Assembly: GCA_965153455.1 (NCBI GenBank)
Contig: OZ234494.1
Location: forward strand, 11,160,001 to 11,224,000
From: Sphagnum compactum
Lineage: Eukaryota
Reading direction: 5' to 3'
DNA length: 64,000 bases
Below, piece by piece: positions 51,753 to 64,000 of the stretch. A program made the position numbers and the translations under genes. The notes beneath the pieces are model-generated. The model saw nothing but the letters and a program-made list of their open reading frames with translations, did not search any database and was not told the origin of the DNA. The stretch's first letter is position 1; every line of letters begins with the position of its first letter.

Positions 51753-51990
51753 TCTCAAGGCCCACCTCAACCTCAACCTCCTTTGTTTTTTCTTCCCATG
51801 GGCTGACCTACCCTCAAGCCCACCTCAACCTCCTTTTTTTTTTTCTTTTTTTTTCTCCATGGGCTGCCCCACCCTCAAGCCCACCTCAACCTCCTTTTTT
51901 TTTTTCTTTTTTTTTCTCCATGGGCTGCCCCACCCTCAAGCCCACCTCAACCTCCTTTTTTTGGTTTTTTCTTCTATGGGCTGCCCACCT
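51753..51990. repeat. ~60-bp tandem repeat, about 4 copies, with poly-T tracts
   Basis: CTCAAGCCCACCTCAACCTCC-(T)n-CTCCATGGGCTGCCCCACC is repeated. Confidence 0.9.
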
Positions 51991-54287
51991 TTTAAACCCT
52001 TATACATTTATAATAGTGCATTATAAATTTTTGTAGGCTTACCACACTAACTTTAGTCACCCATTTTTTTGGGGTCAATTCCACCTATTTTCAATTTAAT
52101 ATCTTATAGTTCATTCCCAATCTAAATCTAAGGCCAATTAAAAAAGCTACTCCTCATGGGTCTTTTCCTTCTCTCTTGGAAATTTCAATCACTTTGCTGA
52201 TAATAGGCCACTTTTGTGGCTGCCTGCCCTTAATGCCTCATTCTCCACATCAGGCCACTTCCATGGAAGTGGCCTCTTATTTAGACTTCTTCTTCTTCTC
52301 TCTCTCTCTCTCTCTCTCTTTGCTCTTGTTTCAGAGAGCTATGGGTCTTGAGTTTGCACCCTCCCCCTTATACCCACTTGACCTTTTTCACTAACTCTTA
52401 CTTGCTGGTTTAGTATACAACTTTTTTCACATCAATATTACTTATAGATTTCTAACAAATTATTACATAAATATATTATTATGATTTAGATTTTTTTCTT
52501 GAAGGAGAATATCCAATTCATTGAAAATTTGCATATTCCAAAGGTCCCAAATTATCTTTCGGGGAATTTTTAGAAAGTGTTTCACAACCATTTTCGACTT
52601 TGTTTGTTATTGTATATTTGCTCGAGTTATGGAATCCATGACCTAGATGATGGATGATTTTATAGTGAACTTGCTTCACTAAGATCATATTGGATGAATC
52701 GAACCAAATGCACACAATTATGACACTCTATGAGATTTCTAGCCTCAAACGAAAAATAGACTAAGCCATGAATCCCTGAAAAAAATTATTACAAGAAAAA
52801 CACCAATCCATAAGGGGAAAGGTAGGAAAAAAAGAAAAAAAAAAGGACTATTTCATTAAAAGAAAAAAGCACCAATCTTGAAGGGGAAAGGTAGGAGAAA
52901 AAAAGAAAAAACAAAGGACTACTTTATCAAAAGACTCAGGAAGGGGAAAAGGTCGGAACAAAAAGGAAGTACCCCAGTCCAATGGAAAATCCCAAGCATG
53001 AAGCACATGAACAAAAGTCACACAAAAAAAAAACCACATGATTGCACCAAGTACACATATATATACATATATATATACTCTTGAAAATAAGACAAAATTA
53101 AGACACACCATAAAATCCCAAGGCAAAACCCTAAATTCTTGACCTCTAGTAGGTAGAAAAAAGTAGTGTAAGAGATCTAAAAAGCTAAGTAAGTAAAGTG
53201 CTATTTTAGCAAATAACAAGTCAAGTGAATTGTAGGTGTTAAATTGGAAAAGGTGGAAGTGGGAGAAGAGAAGAGGATCTTTGAAGTTAGTTAGTTAAAG
53301 GTTTGCTGGTGGGAATATTGCCTAAAAGGGTTTATGGGGCTTTGGGGATGGGTAGCCCATGGCCAAAAAAAATGTTAGGGTGGCTGGAGTGCCCATTGAG
53401 AGTATCCCAAAACACGCAAGGTTGCCCTTGTTCCTTCATCGTTCAACAAGCTTTTTTCTTTTTTCTTTTTTCTTTTTTTTGGGGGCTTCCTTGTTTTGTT
53501 CCTTTGGTGTTCAATGAGTTTTAGTTTGGTCGACTTGTTTGTTGTCATCCAGCCAAGAATTTTTTTTGCTCCACTCATTGAAGTGGATATGCAAGTACCA
53601 CAATATGCAAGTGAATCCACACTCCAGCCTCCGAGCAGAGGCTTGGTTGTTGTTCTGATCACACATTCTTTGATCAGAGCATGTTTCCATTATGTCTTTT
53701 CAACTAGATGTGCTCAAAATCATCTCATATCTCTTTGCCCTTCACTAACTGCAGGAGGAGCTCTGTCAGTCAAACAAACTGTGAGTCACCGTACCACTTT
53801 TCTTTGTTTTCCTTCAGAAGATGTGTTCCAAAAGTTCCTAACATGATTTCAGTAGTACATATTATTCCAGGCACTTGCAGCTCTCCAAACGGAAAGCTTA
53901 CTCTTCCTGCAGAAAGGGGACAAGGCCTTATGTCAGTGGCTTTTCCATTCCATTGGGGGTGCTCTGATCACATCACACTCTGTGTAAATGTGATCACAGA
54001 GCGGCCTACCTCATGGGGGGCACGTTGGGTGTAACTCTGATCATAACAACCTAATGGAAAGAGACCCTTATTAATGTGCCTGCTGCACATGTAGAATAAA
54101 TAAGGTGAATTTAAAAGAGGGTCACCTTCATAGTTTTCTCTTGTTTTTATGTGGAACAAAATAGTTGGGATCTGATGATGATGATGACTTGGGATCGGAT
54201 TTCATCAAATGAAACACTGCATGAAACACTTAGTGGCCAGGGTGAACCAACGCCCACAAGCGCATCATCCATTGGATGCCCCTTACA

Positions 54288-54600
54288 ACTGAGTTGTGGA
54301 TGAACCTCAACTGAGTTAATGTCTATGTTTCATCTTGGTAACCTATTTGAGAGGTAGGAAAATAGATGATTGGTCCGTAACTAAATGGTTTATTAGTTTG
54401 TACACAGGCTCGAGATGTTTTTACTACTTACCTGCTCACAACCCTCAACTTGGTTGTCAACAAGTATGCAGTACAAAAAAAAAAAGCAACTGAGTTAACC
54501 ATGATGGTTAGCACGAGAACTGTAAGCCAACAGAAAACTGTTCCTTGATCACTTATCATCCATCCTTCATGATGCTCTGGTGGCTGCTAGTTTACTCTGG
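54288..54600 (+). repeat. Dispersed ~320-bp repeat (other copies at about 7765-8105 + and 16785-17030 -)
   Basis: Shared blocks are AGTTGTGGATGAACCTCAACTGAGTT and GCAACTGAG(C/T)TAACCA...GAACTG.AA.CCAACAGAAAACTGTT...CATCCTTCATG. The reverse complement of the second block is present at about 16790-16880. Confidence 0.75.
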
Positions 54601-54866
54601 GCCTGGGTTAGATTGAAACATGTGCTATGCATTGATCATGCAAAGATTTGTCAGGTCCAACAAAAAATGCAATCAATCACTCTCTTTAGTCCATGGAAGA
54701 CAAACATTTTAATTTTAGTGGAACTTAAGTGCCTTTGGTCACAGGCTGGAATGTGAGCTTCAAGTAAAGTAAAACAAAAACCCTACAAGGTTTTTAGTCT
54801 TTATTATGACTCAGAAGAGGTGACAAAGTTGACACTTGAGAAGTGAGACCCCTTTATTAAATTAAA

Positions 54867-55246
54867 GGGCATCCCCACAAGTGCTTAGTATGTGGAACCC
54901 TGCAAAAAATATTTCTCACATCCAAGTTTAGTTATTCGTTTTGTTTGCTACCCCATCCATACAGCTGAAACCCAGACTGCACATATGTGGGAACTACTCA
55001 TAGCAAACCACCTGGACCAATCATTATTATGTTTCGCCAATCAATATCGCCAATCAATAACAGGGAATTGCAGTCAGATCATATTTATTACACTCCTCTC
55101 TAGCAGGTGTACAGCTTTGCTGCACCTCTTACTGAGCACATATGCAGGAGCAAAACCATTTTCCTGAGATAAACAGGCACATTTTGACTTTCCTTCTTCT
55201 GATTTTAATTTGTAGGGTCACACATGGAGCACCGGAGGGAATGCTC
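54867..55246. mobile_element. PIF/Harbinger (Tourist-like) MITE, same family as 7690-8379
   Basis: Begins GGGCATCCCCACAAGTGCTTAGTATGTGG...AAATATTTCTCACATCCAAGTTT and ends ...GTAGGGTCACACATGGAGCACCGGAGGGAATGCTC followed by TTA. Confidence 0.7.
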
Positions 55247-57361
55247 TTAGTCATAGGACAACACATTTAGTGTTTTTCAAGCAACCCCAAAAGGAATTGA
55301 GGGCAGGGGGATGGGCCATATCAAACTGGTTGTCCCTTCCATTTGTCGTCAAAGGGACAATTCTTTAACTGTTTAGGACCCAAAGAAACCCAATTTAGGA
55401 ATTTAAAAAGTGCATTACACTAGGGATGGCTTTGTCACCGGAGCAACACAATGTTCTAAGGTTGCATGACGGGGGCTAACACCCACATACATCCGTCTCT
55501 CAAACCTAGTGAGGGCCTTAAGGAGAGAAGCCTTCGCCTACACAAAGTTCGAGTAATTGAAATGAATGTGTAGGGGAAGGCCCCATTCCCCCCCTTAGGA
55601 CCTTTCTCTAAATTTAAGGGTCATAGCCCCGAGGGTGTAGGCTGAAAATTTAGAGAAGACCATACGGAGCAAGCCTTCACCAACATAAAGCATGACACGT
55701 CTCCCCTTTTTTTTTTGGTTTGGAAATACGGAAGGTGTGTGTATGACATTCTTCTAACTGACGGAATAAACACATCATTCCTTCCGAATGAAGGCGTGTA
55801 TGACATTCCGTGGATTGACAAACACATCTTCCGCTTGTGCGAGGGGGGGAGGAGGGGAGGTGTGGGTCCGAAATACAAAAGCAAAATTCGATGGAGCGCT
55901 TTACGCAAAGAATGAACATCATCTTGACCTAGTCGAAGTAGCATTTGGTTCCAGTCCGGAATTTCGTACAATGTTTTTTTTTGGGTCACAAATTTAAATT
56001 ATTTTTAAATTAAAATAAATAGAGAGAGAAATATATTTTTATTTTAAAAATATTTTTTTAAAATCACCCTTTTTCCATATATGGGTTTCAAGTAGGTGAC
56101 CTACATTTTTTTTTATTAATTACAAAAAAAATTCCAATTTGTTTAGTAAAAAAAAACCACAAAAATTTGTCAGAAAGAAAAAAAAAACACATTGGTGAGG
56201 ACCATCACCACAAGAGGCCCACATGGGTAAATTGTTAAATGGAGCATGTGCAAAAGCAGAGGCCATTGCAAAGTACACAACAACTTACATGTATGTTGTA
56301 AGTAAATGTATCTTTGGTTGAAATAGTGTCAGTGACAAAGAGAAAAAAAATAAAATCAGGGCAGGAACTTAAATTAGAGTCAGTTTACCCATACCTTAGA
56401 GTCAGTTTTTTTTTTCAATATTTAAAATGGTGATTAGGGTTTAAGGTTTAGGATTAACCCTATTTCCAAAAAAAATTCCTATTAAAATCACCATTTCCCT
56501 TTTTAAATATTGAAACTATTTATACATATTTTGGGGTGAGAATTAGGGGTTTTTTTAGCGATTTTTGAAGGTCGCCACTATGGCTACTTCTATGCATGGT
56601 CAATTAATTGGATGGTGACCCTAAGTTTTTTTATAGTGGCTTTTATTGGCTACCAACCAAAAATTGAAGGAAAATTTTGGCTATTGGATTTTTTAGGCCT
56701 CGTTTTTTTCTGGCCATTTGAAGCTGCACAAGGTGGGAGATTTTGGCTATTCTAAAATTTTAGGGTGGGGTTATTTGGTTACTTTGAAATATCTATGGCT
56801 GCTTTGTAATTTCTAGGGGTTGTCACTAGTCTCTCCAAACACATAAACAAGCTTCAAAGTTCAGATTCAAAAAACTATTTCAAGCTTTAGACTTCAAAGA
56901 CTGCTTCAAACTCAGGCTTGGACATGATCTCACATAAACACAATATATTTCATGGGGATTTGAACCTCTGCTCATAAGGGCAATGCCCATTGGAAAGCAA
57001 ATGACCTACACAAAATGTGACACAAACACACATTCGTCAAAACAAACAAATCAAACACATTAATCCACTGTTGATGTTCAACCATTCACAAGTCCGTCAC
57101 ATTTCACTCCTATTGCACACTCACATAACACAACAAGGTTAGCCAACCAAGGCAAAAAAAACAAGATGTTCAAATATGCACGGTGCATGCACCTCAATGT
57201 CCCAGCTTACATCCAAAACCTAAGTTTCAACCCAAGCAAATATAAAATTCTGAGAAAATCTTGGGTTTAATGTCAAGTTGTAGAACTTGCTGCAAAAAAA
57301 CAAGATGGATGAACAACACATAAAACTAGATGAAACCCTAATTACCTAGGCCTCAACTACT

Positions 57362-59500
57362 CTACGAGTTTTTTTTCTTTTTCCAAGGAACAATGGTTTC
57401 ATCGTACAAGAAGTTTTCAAAAATGAAGAATGTCTGTCCAAACATCTTGACACACATATCTAAATGTGTGTTCAATCGATTACGCACCTTGTTTTTCAAA
57501 AAAACAAGTGTGCTTAAACACCGTTCATCTTCTACAAGCCCTAAAACTTGCACCATACAAATTTCAGCAAGCTTAAACCATTTTGACATCTTCACCGTCA
57601 AAAGCTCATTAGCCCCAAGCTATAGCCACAACCTTTGGAAGGAATTGCAATCCTTCTTCTTATCCATCTTTAAGATCTTTATACAATTGTTCTTCATGGT
57701 TTGAACAAACATATGTGCCTCACCATCCAAGGCCATTCCATCCAACATGGCATCACATTGTCTCTCCGAAGAACCAAGTGTCTTGGGCATTGCATAATGC
57801 TCCTTCAATGTGGTTAGGTGATGCTTAAAAGAAGCTTCAATATCATGTTTCACCCAATAATGTGGGTACACATTCCCATGGCCATCATAAGCTCATAATT
57901 TGGGAAACAATGTTGCAATTCACAAGAAAGCAATGATGTTGCTTCAAAACATGCAACCTTAACATTCTCTAGATTATGTTTGCATAATGTAAGGGAAATT
58001 AGTTCCATTTGCAGTTTATGTAGATCATCAATATGCAGCCATGCCAACTCTATAACCACACAAAATGCACACCACACAATATCATTATTAGGGCAAATGA
58101 GATTTATAGCCCAACCAATGGTAAAACTTCATTCTAAAAGTTGATCAAGTTGTTGAAAACAACAAAAGCATTGTCCTTGAATGTAATCTCAATTGCATTG
58201 TAGTAATGCCAAATGTCAACGTGAACCAATTTCACAACTGCAATAAAATTGACAACATAGATGTCTCAAGCTTGAACCATCTTGATTAACCCATGCAACA
58301 ACTCAAGCAAGGGCATGATACAATGGAAATCAAACAAAATTTGAACATCAAGCAAAGTGGTGATGTTGGCATTAGCGATTTCACTTGCTGATTTGATCTG
58401 CCCACATTTGCATAATGAGTGGCTTGTATTTTACTAATACCCTCTTTGTAGGAGAAAACATCGACAACCACCATGTTTTCACAATTTGAAGGATCTTCAA
58501 ACCCTTCACATCCAACAAAGCTGCCAACCTCTCAAGCTCAAGAGCTCTTTTGCTAGATTGAAAAAAGCAAAAATATACCCCAGCAAGAAGTTTTTGAATG
58601 TTATCAACTAGTAATTGCGTGGATAATGTTTTCATTGCCAAGTCTATCATGTGTGCAACACAATGGATAGGGACAAAAAATGGAACCACATCATGTTTGA
58701 TCTGAATGGTGATGCCATTGCCTGCATTAGTAAACACGCTACTTCCAATAGTCCCAAATGACACCAATTGTTGGCCAACAACCTACTCATTTCAACCCCA
58801 AAATTTAAACAATGCACGCAATAGTACTTGGGTTTAGATTTGCTACAATTGCACCTGATGTCACCTTTTCCAAGGTGAGCAAAATTGGCACCTACTTCCA
58901 CTTCTCCAACACATAAGCATGGATCTCGATCCAACTAGTGTCATCAATTGTAGAAACCTCACTAGTAGAAATGGAGATGTACTTAGAGCAACTAATACCT
59001 CTCTCATTTTACACTCTTCAATGTCACACAAAATCATAGCCATTTCCCACCCACAAAATCACTCCAATGCTTTTTGGGGTTGTTCTTGAATTTTAGAAAA
59101 ATGAACAAATCCTTCAAACTTTCATACTATGTCACAAGCCGACCTTGACTCAAAACATGAAAACACAAAACAAACTAGATTCTCTTTTGTTTATCCTCTC
59201 CCTTAATACCAACACATACTTATTGAAAGACATTTGTTGTGTGAGATTGGGAAGCAAATTGCTTCTCATTTTTTTTGTGCATGTTATTACTTTCAAAATA
59301 AATCATGTTTTTAGGTCGACCTAGGGTGTCCACTTGAGTTTTTTTCTCGCCACAATGCTTGTATAACCCATCGAGCTTAGGAGCCATTGGTTTGTCACAC
59401 CTTCCTATTTGGTTACACACAATGCATTTTACTTGTGAGATCTTGCCATTTGAACCTATTACATATTCTCCCCAAAGGAGCTTTACAACCCAAATATCTT
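57362..59500 (-). mobile_element. hAT-superfamily (ZNF862-like) transposase pseudogene; the element probably spans about 56544-61240
   Basis: Minus-strand fragments occur in order: MAPKLDGLYKHCG; SFGTIGSSVFT...PIHCVAHMIDLA (CxxH); ILQIVKTWWLS (TRW-like); YPHYW; and SKWFKLAEICMVQVLGLVEDERCLSTLVFLKNKVRNRLNTHLDMCV (hAT C-terminal dimerisation motif). There are multiple frameshifts and stops. Confidence 0.88.
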
Positions 59501-59702
59501 TGAAGGTCTTATTTGCTTCATATTACTTCCTTTTAAGAGATTGTCTAGTTGGTCAAGTTTAGTAGGAGGAAAAGAAGAGGTGTGGTTTTAACAATTTTTA
59601 CAGTAATCAAGCCCTAATTAGATGTTGCAACATGTGAAGGAGTAGAAAACCAAATATTAGTTTCCACTTGAAGTTGGAAGGTAAAGCAAGTGATGTCATG
59701 AT

Positions 59703-60562
59703 CAATGCACCCCCACACTCCTTGAAAAACTCAAATGCCAGTCCAAAAGTGGAAACAGTGGAAGAAGAAGGAGTTGGGGTACGCTCCCTAGTTCGCAACA
59801 TTTCGGGGGTAGAGGGGCGTGCTGGAGCTCCGGGATGGGGACTAGGACAAGCGGGTCAATTATTCATACGAAACTGCACACACCAAACAACAAATTGGTT
59901 AGTGCATAGTTGGAACACTTTTGGTGCACGGACGAACCACGGGCGTACACAGGCTTACAAGAATTATCATGGCCCGAACTTGGGGGAAAACCACCACCTT
60001 CCCCCTTATAGTATTCTCTGTGATTAGCCACAAGGGCTACATCCAAATGTCATTTTATTCCCAAAATTGGGATTGTTGACACTTTGGAAGGTCATAACTT
60101 CTTGTGCAAACCTTCGATGGAGGTGAGGTTTGAAGCAAAGTTGTAGCCCTCATCAAGAGCTTTCCAATAATATGTGGCGCACCCCGATTCCTGACTTTTA
60201 GTGGTCAGGAATCAAATTGGCACTTTAACTCCTCGCCCTTCTTTTGGCCATAACTTGTGCTTTAAGTATTCAAATAGGTCATGCGAGCCCATTTTAAACA
60301 TCTACGTTTGAAGAAATTTTCAATAACATAAGGAATTTTTTAATCAAATGAATTTTTACCCTTAAAATACTTCTCTGAATATTCAAAAGCCCATCGAGGC
60401 TTCAATTCCCAAAGTGGGAACCCACTTGGGAGTGTATAGGTTTTTTTTTTCACACCTTCCTACATTCTCGAGAGCATGAAATGTGACTCCCGGGCTTCCC
60501 TTTCAGCCCACACCTTTGCAAGCCTTCGCCTTGGTTGCGAGCCCAAAGTTAGGGTTGCGACA
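59703..60562 (-). mobile_element. Solo LTR (860 bp) with a perfect 5-bp target-site duplication
   Basis: Flanked by ATGAT at 59698-59702 and 60563-60567. The right end is GGGTTGCGACA (TGTCGCAACCC on the minus strand). The left end is CAATGCACCCCC, where CA stands in place of the expected TG. It is GC- and CpG-richer than its flanks. Strand assignment is tentative. Confidence 0.8.
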
Positions 60563-62502
60563 ATGATGACAAAATCAACAAACAAGGAAAAACGTAGACA
60601 AAACAAATAGATGACCATAAAAAGCAAGTTCTCAAATCCAAATCTATGGAATTTGGTGTGAAATTAAAAAACCCAAAAAAAATAACAAGAAATGTCACGA
60701 CTCAAAGCTAGATATTAGACTTTGGATTTTGGAATTAGATTTGGAATAACGAACCTTCAAAGTGAGCAATGAAAAACACAAGTTTCATCGCAATTGCAAT
60801 GCGCGAATCAAATCTCTAGCAACAAATTTCGTAACCCATTACAAGGCGAGAATTGCCATAGCCACCATATTTTGAACTTCATAAATAAACTCCCCCTTTT
60901 TATCTTGCAAAAACCTTGAGACTCAATGTGTAGCCAAACCACACACAAACCTATAACCCTGAACCTTCATGACTCCAAAGAAGAATCTGGTGATGAGCAA
61001 CCTATAAAGGGAGGTGGAGTGGTGAAAATGATTACATAAAACAAGCGCAATCATGGAAAATTGTAGAGAATGGGAGGGGAGGCTCTAGCTTTCCTAACCA
61101 ATGGTCAAAAACAAGAGGTGGCAATATTTCTCCCATCCGACAACTCAGATGACTTTTGCACATAAATAGAGTGATGGGGGGTGGCAAGCTGCCACTTTTC
61201 ATTGTCATTTAAGGTGGCGATTTGATAGTCATTAGCCTTGCTTGAGTGACGATAATACCAATTTTTTTACATTATTTCCTAGGCTTATAATTTGCACAAC
61301 CCTTTTTGGCATCGCCAATAAAAAAAACGTTGGTGAGAGTATGACATTAAAGTGTTGTTGTTGAAAACTATCCTCAATTATGGCATAGGTGATTGTGTGA
61401 CTAATTTCATTACTTGTTATGGAAAATCCCATTTTTTTAATATAGTTATATTATGTTTGTCATGAATCTTACTAGAGTCTAGATGCTACTATAATGATGT
61501 CATAACTTGGGTTAATGTGGAAGGAAGTCACCTCAGGCTAAAGCTATCATATCCCCCCCATTACACAAGCAGAGTTTGTCATGATGTTGAAGAAAGATAA
61601 CAGGCCTTAAAATTGAAGCCTTGTTGTCCTAAAGGATGAAGTGGACATTTACATTCATTTGTCAAATTTTACACAATTGCCAATCATGAAAAAAAATTAA
61701 AAATTCCCCCCCACTTTTTTCTTGGCGTGCCTCACATGTCTAATAAAGACAATTAGTTTGTGCAAAAAATTTGGCATCACATAGGAAAGTTTTCTCTTAT
61801 TTTAGGTGGAATTTACTCATGATAGTTGAATAAATAAGGTGAGAAATAAGTTCGCCTTCCCTCACTTATCCATTAGGGGATGACATACCTCCCTAAAAAA
61901 TAAGTCACTTTTCACACTTCTTATTGATCATTTCCAAAAAGAAAATTAGTAAAAGCTATTACTATTTTCTCTCAAGAGCAATTCAAGTGTAGATTGTTTT
62001 TGCATCTTTCCATCCCTCTATGTGACCCTTATTGTTGGCCAATCATATTCAATTTCATGACCTTACATGAAATTATATATCTATAATCAATTTTAAAATT
62101 AAATTATTAATTTTAGCATTGAAAATTGATTTTTTGATTTTCGACCACATGGATGTTAATCATACACAATGTTTTACAACTTTTCTTTGGAAGTGCAAAT
62201 CAAAAGAGTTTTGAAAATGTCATTTGTTTACACATCTGAAAGAATGGTATACCCCCATAAGCTTTTCAGGGTGTTAAAATTGAAACCTAAGAACAACTCC
62301 ACCCATACATGGCATTTGGGCTTATAACAATATTTCTCACATTAGTTTTTTTTTATTTCTTTTATTTAGTTATTTTTAAAGTTAGTTATTTTTATTTTTA
62401 TTATTTATTTCTCAAGTTTCACCCTATAAGCATGAAATTGTGACTATAAATAAAAGTCAGAACCTTTTAGCTAGTAGCAAACCACCTAGTCCAATTCACA
62501 TA

Positions 62503-62670
62503 TCTAGCCAATCAAGAGCAGGTGTTAAAACTCTTGTAGTGTTGAGCAAGTTTTCACGTATTAGCCAATCAAGAGCAGGTGTTAAACTATGTAGTGTTGA
62601 GCAAGTTTTCACATATCTTGCCAATCAAGAGCAGGTGTTGAACTATATAGTGTCGAGCAAGTTTTGTGGA
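62503..62670. repeat. ~56-bp tandem repeat, 3 copies
   Basis: GCCAATCAAGAGCAGGTGTT...TAGTGT(T/C)GAGCAAGTTTT is repeated three times. Confidence 0.9.
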
Positions 62671-63164
62671 GCAAGTTTTTTACCGATTTACATTCAAAAC
62701 ATTATGTGCAATGTCAGGATGAAGATTGCTCTTATTGTTGGTTGTCCTTGAGGGGAATCTAGTCTTCAAATCCTTCATACCAAAAGGCCAATATAGTCCA
62801 ATTGAAACTTCTCATTTGATTCAATGGGAAGGACACTTAGTTTGACCTTCAAATTCGTGTTTCATCCTTGATTGGAGTGAAATCACAAGTGCCATTTTTT
62901 AATTTATTAAATGACAATTTAGTTGCCATGATTTCATTCACAAATGGAATGCAATCAGAAAGTGAGAGCAAAGTTAGGTACTGTGTACACAATCAAACTG
63001 GGTATCACTTTGCAAGATTTGAAAAAGCTTTAGGTTTCCAACAAGTTCATTTTTGCCTTGCATTCCATGGAGGGATAAAGGTGCAAACTGGGCACATGTT
63101 ACAAACTGAAAGTGCAAACAAATTCCTTTCACAACCCATTTCAACAACAAAGAGAATTATTTTT

Positions 63165-63360
63165 TGTCGTCAATTTTGTTCCAACTTCCTATTCATGTCA
63201 TCCTCACTTTGGAACCTTGTTTGTTCCTAACGTACTATTGTCATGCCCACTTCTTGAGATTCGTTGTCAATTTTGTTCCAATTTCCTATTCATGTCATCC
63301 TCACTTTGGAAGCTTGTTTGTTCCTAACATACTATTATCATGCCCACTTTTTGAGATTCA
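63165..63360. repeat. 97-bp tandem duplication
   Basis: GTCAATTTTGTTCCAA starts at both 63169 and 63266, with near-identical continuation. Confidence 0.9.
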
Positions 63361-64000
63361 TTATCTATCGTCATCCCCACATTTGAATTGCGTTCCTATC
63401 TACTATTTATGATTCCCCCAAGTGTACTACCTTGATAACTTCGACACTAATTATACTATTTGTAAACAATAAAATAATCTACAAAGGTAATAAAACCCAG
63501 GTGCAAAACTTTGAAACTAAGGATGACAATCCAAATGCAAGACGACATAGCACCAACAAAATATAACAAATGAAAAAAATTCAAATTTCCTCCTAAACCC
63601 AAGATGGATTGATGGTTTGAGGCTCCTCTTATTTCTCGTGTCTTGCATGTGTATACATAGCGGGTTACTGAGGTTATGGGATATTTAAAGGTTAGTTAAG
63701 AGGTTAATTAGGGATTATTTAGGGGTTTACCTAGGTTATGCAATATCTAAAGATTTCTTAAGGAGTTACATAGAATCTATGAAGTGATTATGTAAAACGT
63801 TCTTCTTATGAGACTAGCTAAGAATTTTTTTAGGTTACAAGATAAGTAGGGATTATTTTGAGAGCTACCTTGGTGTTACCTAAATAAACTATAATGTGAT
63901 TAGAATAAAAACCATGGTCATCATTTAAGAGTGTTCATCCTTAGTTTTAGTTTTGAGGAGTGATCCTCATTTTGGTGAGCTTTATGGATAGGTTCAAAAT

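Noticed and set aside
51644-52036. 130-aa and 95-aa ORFs
   Set aside because: They arise from the 60-bp tandem repeat with poly-T tracts.
55418-55657. Structured island as telomerase RNA, RNase MRP or a group II intron fragment
   Set aside because: I found no CTAAACCCT template, no GAAAGTCCCC motif and no recognisable domain V on either strand.
59668-60027. 119-aa ORF
   Set aside because: It lies almost entirely within the solo LTR and has no gag/pol motifs.

Overview
This is AT-rich, CpG-depleted nuclear DNA of a land plant. A non-seed plant such as a moss is likely, inferred from the microbial-type terpene synthase and the repeat content. There is one intact protein-coding gene: an 18-exon AP-1 adaptor complex gamma subunit (gamma-adaptin, + strand, CDS 8780-16285, 882 aa when spliced by hand). 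Downstream are two tandem copies of a microbial-terpene-synthase-like (MTPSL) gene: a full-length 4-exon pseudogene (23339-25604) and a 5'-truncated copy with an intact last exon (about 30588-31441). The rest is mostly decayed mobile DNA: a pogo/DDE_1 remnant, three hAT remnants (one with both termini), solo LTRs (one with a perfect 5-bp TSD), a Helitron-like element, several MITEs (Harbinger/Tourist-like, a 30-bp-TIR foldback, a small piggyBac-like one), and mini- and microsatellites. A GC-rich three-hairpin island (55418-55657), a long hairpin (17117-17210) and a possibly spliced unit (about 32300-32800) remain unexplained. All calls come from reading the sequence by eye. No database search or folding computation was run.
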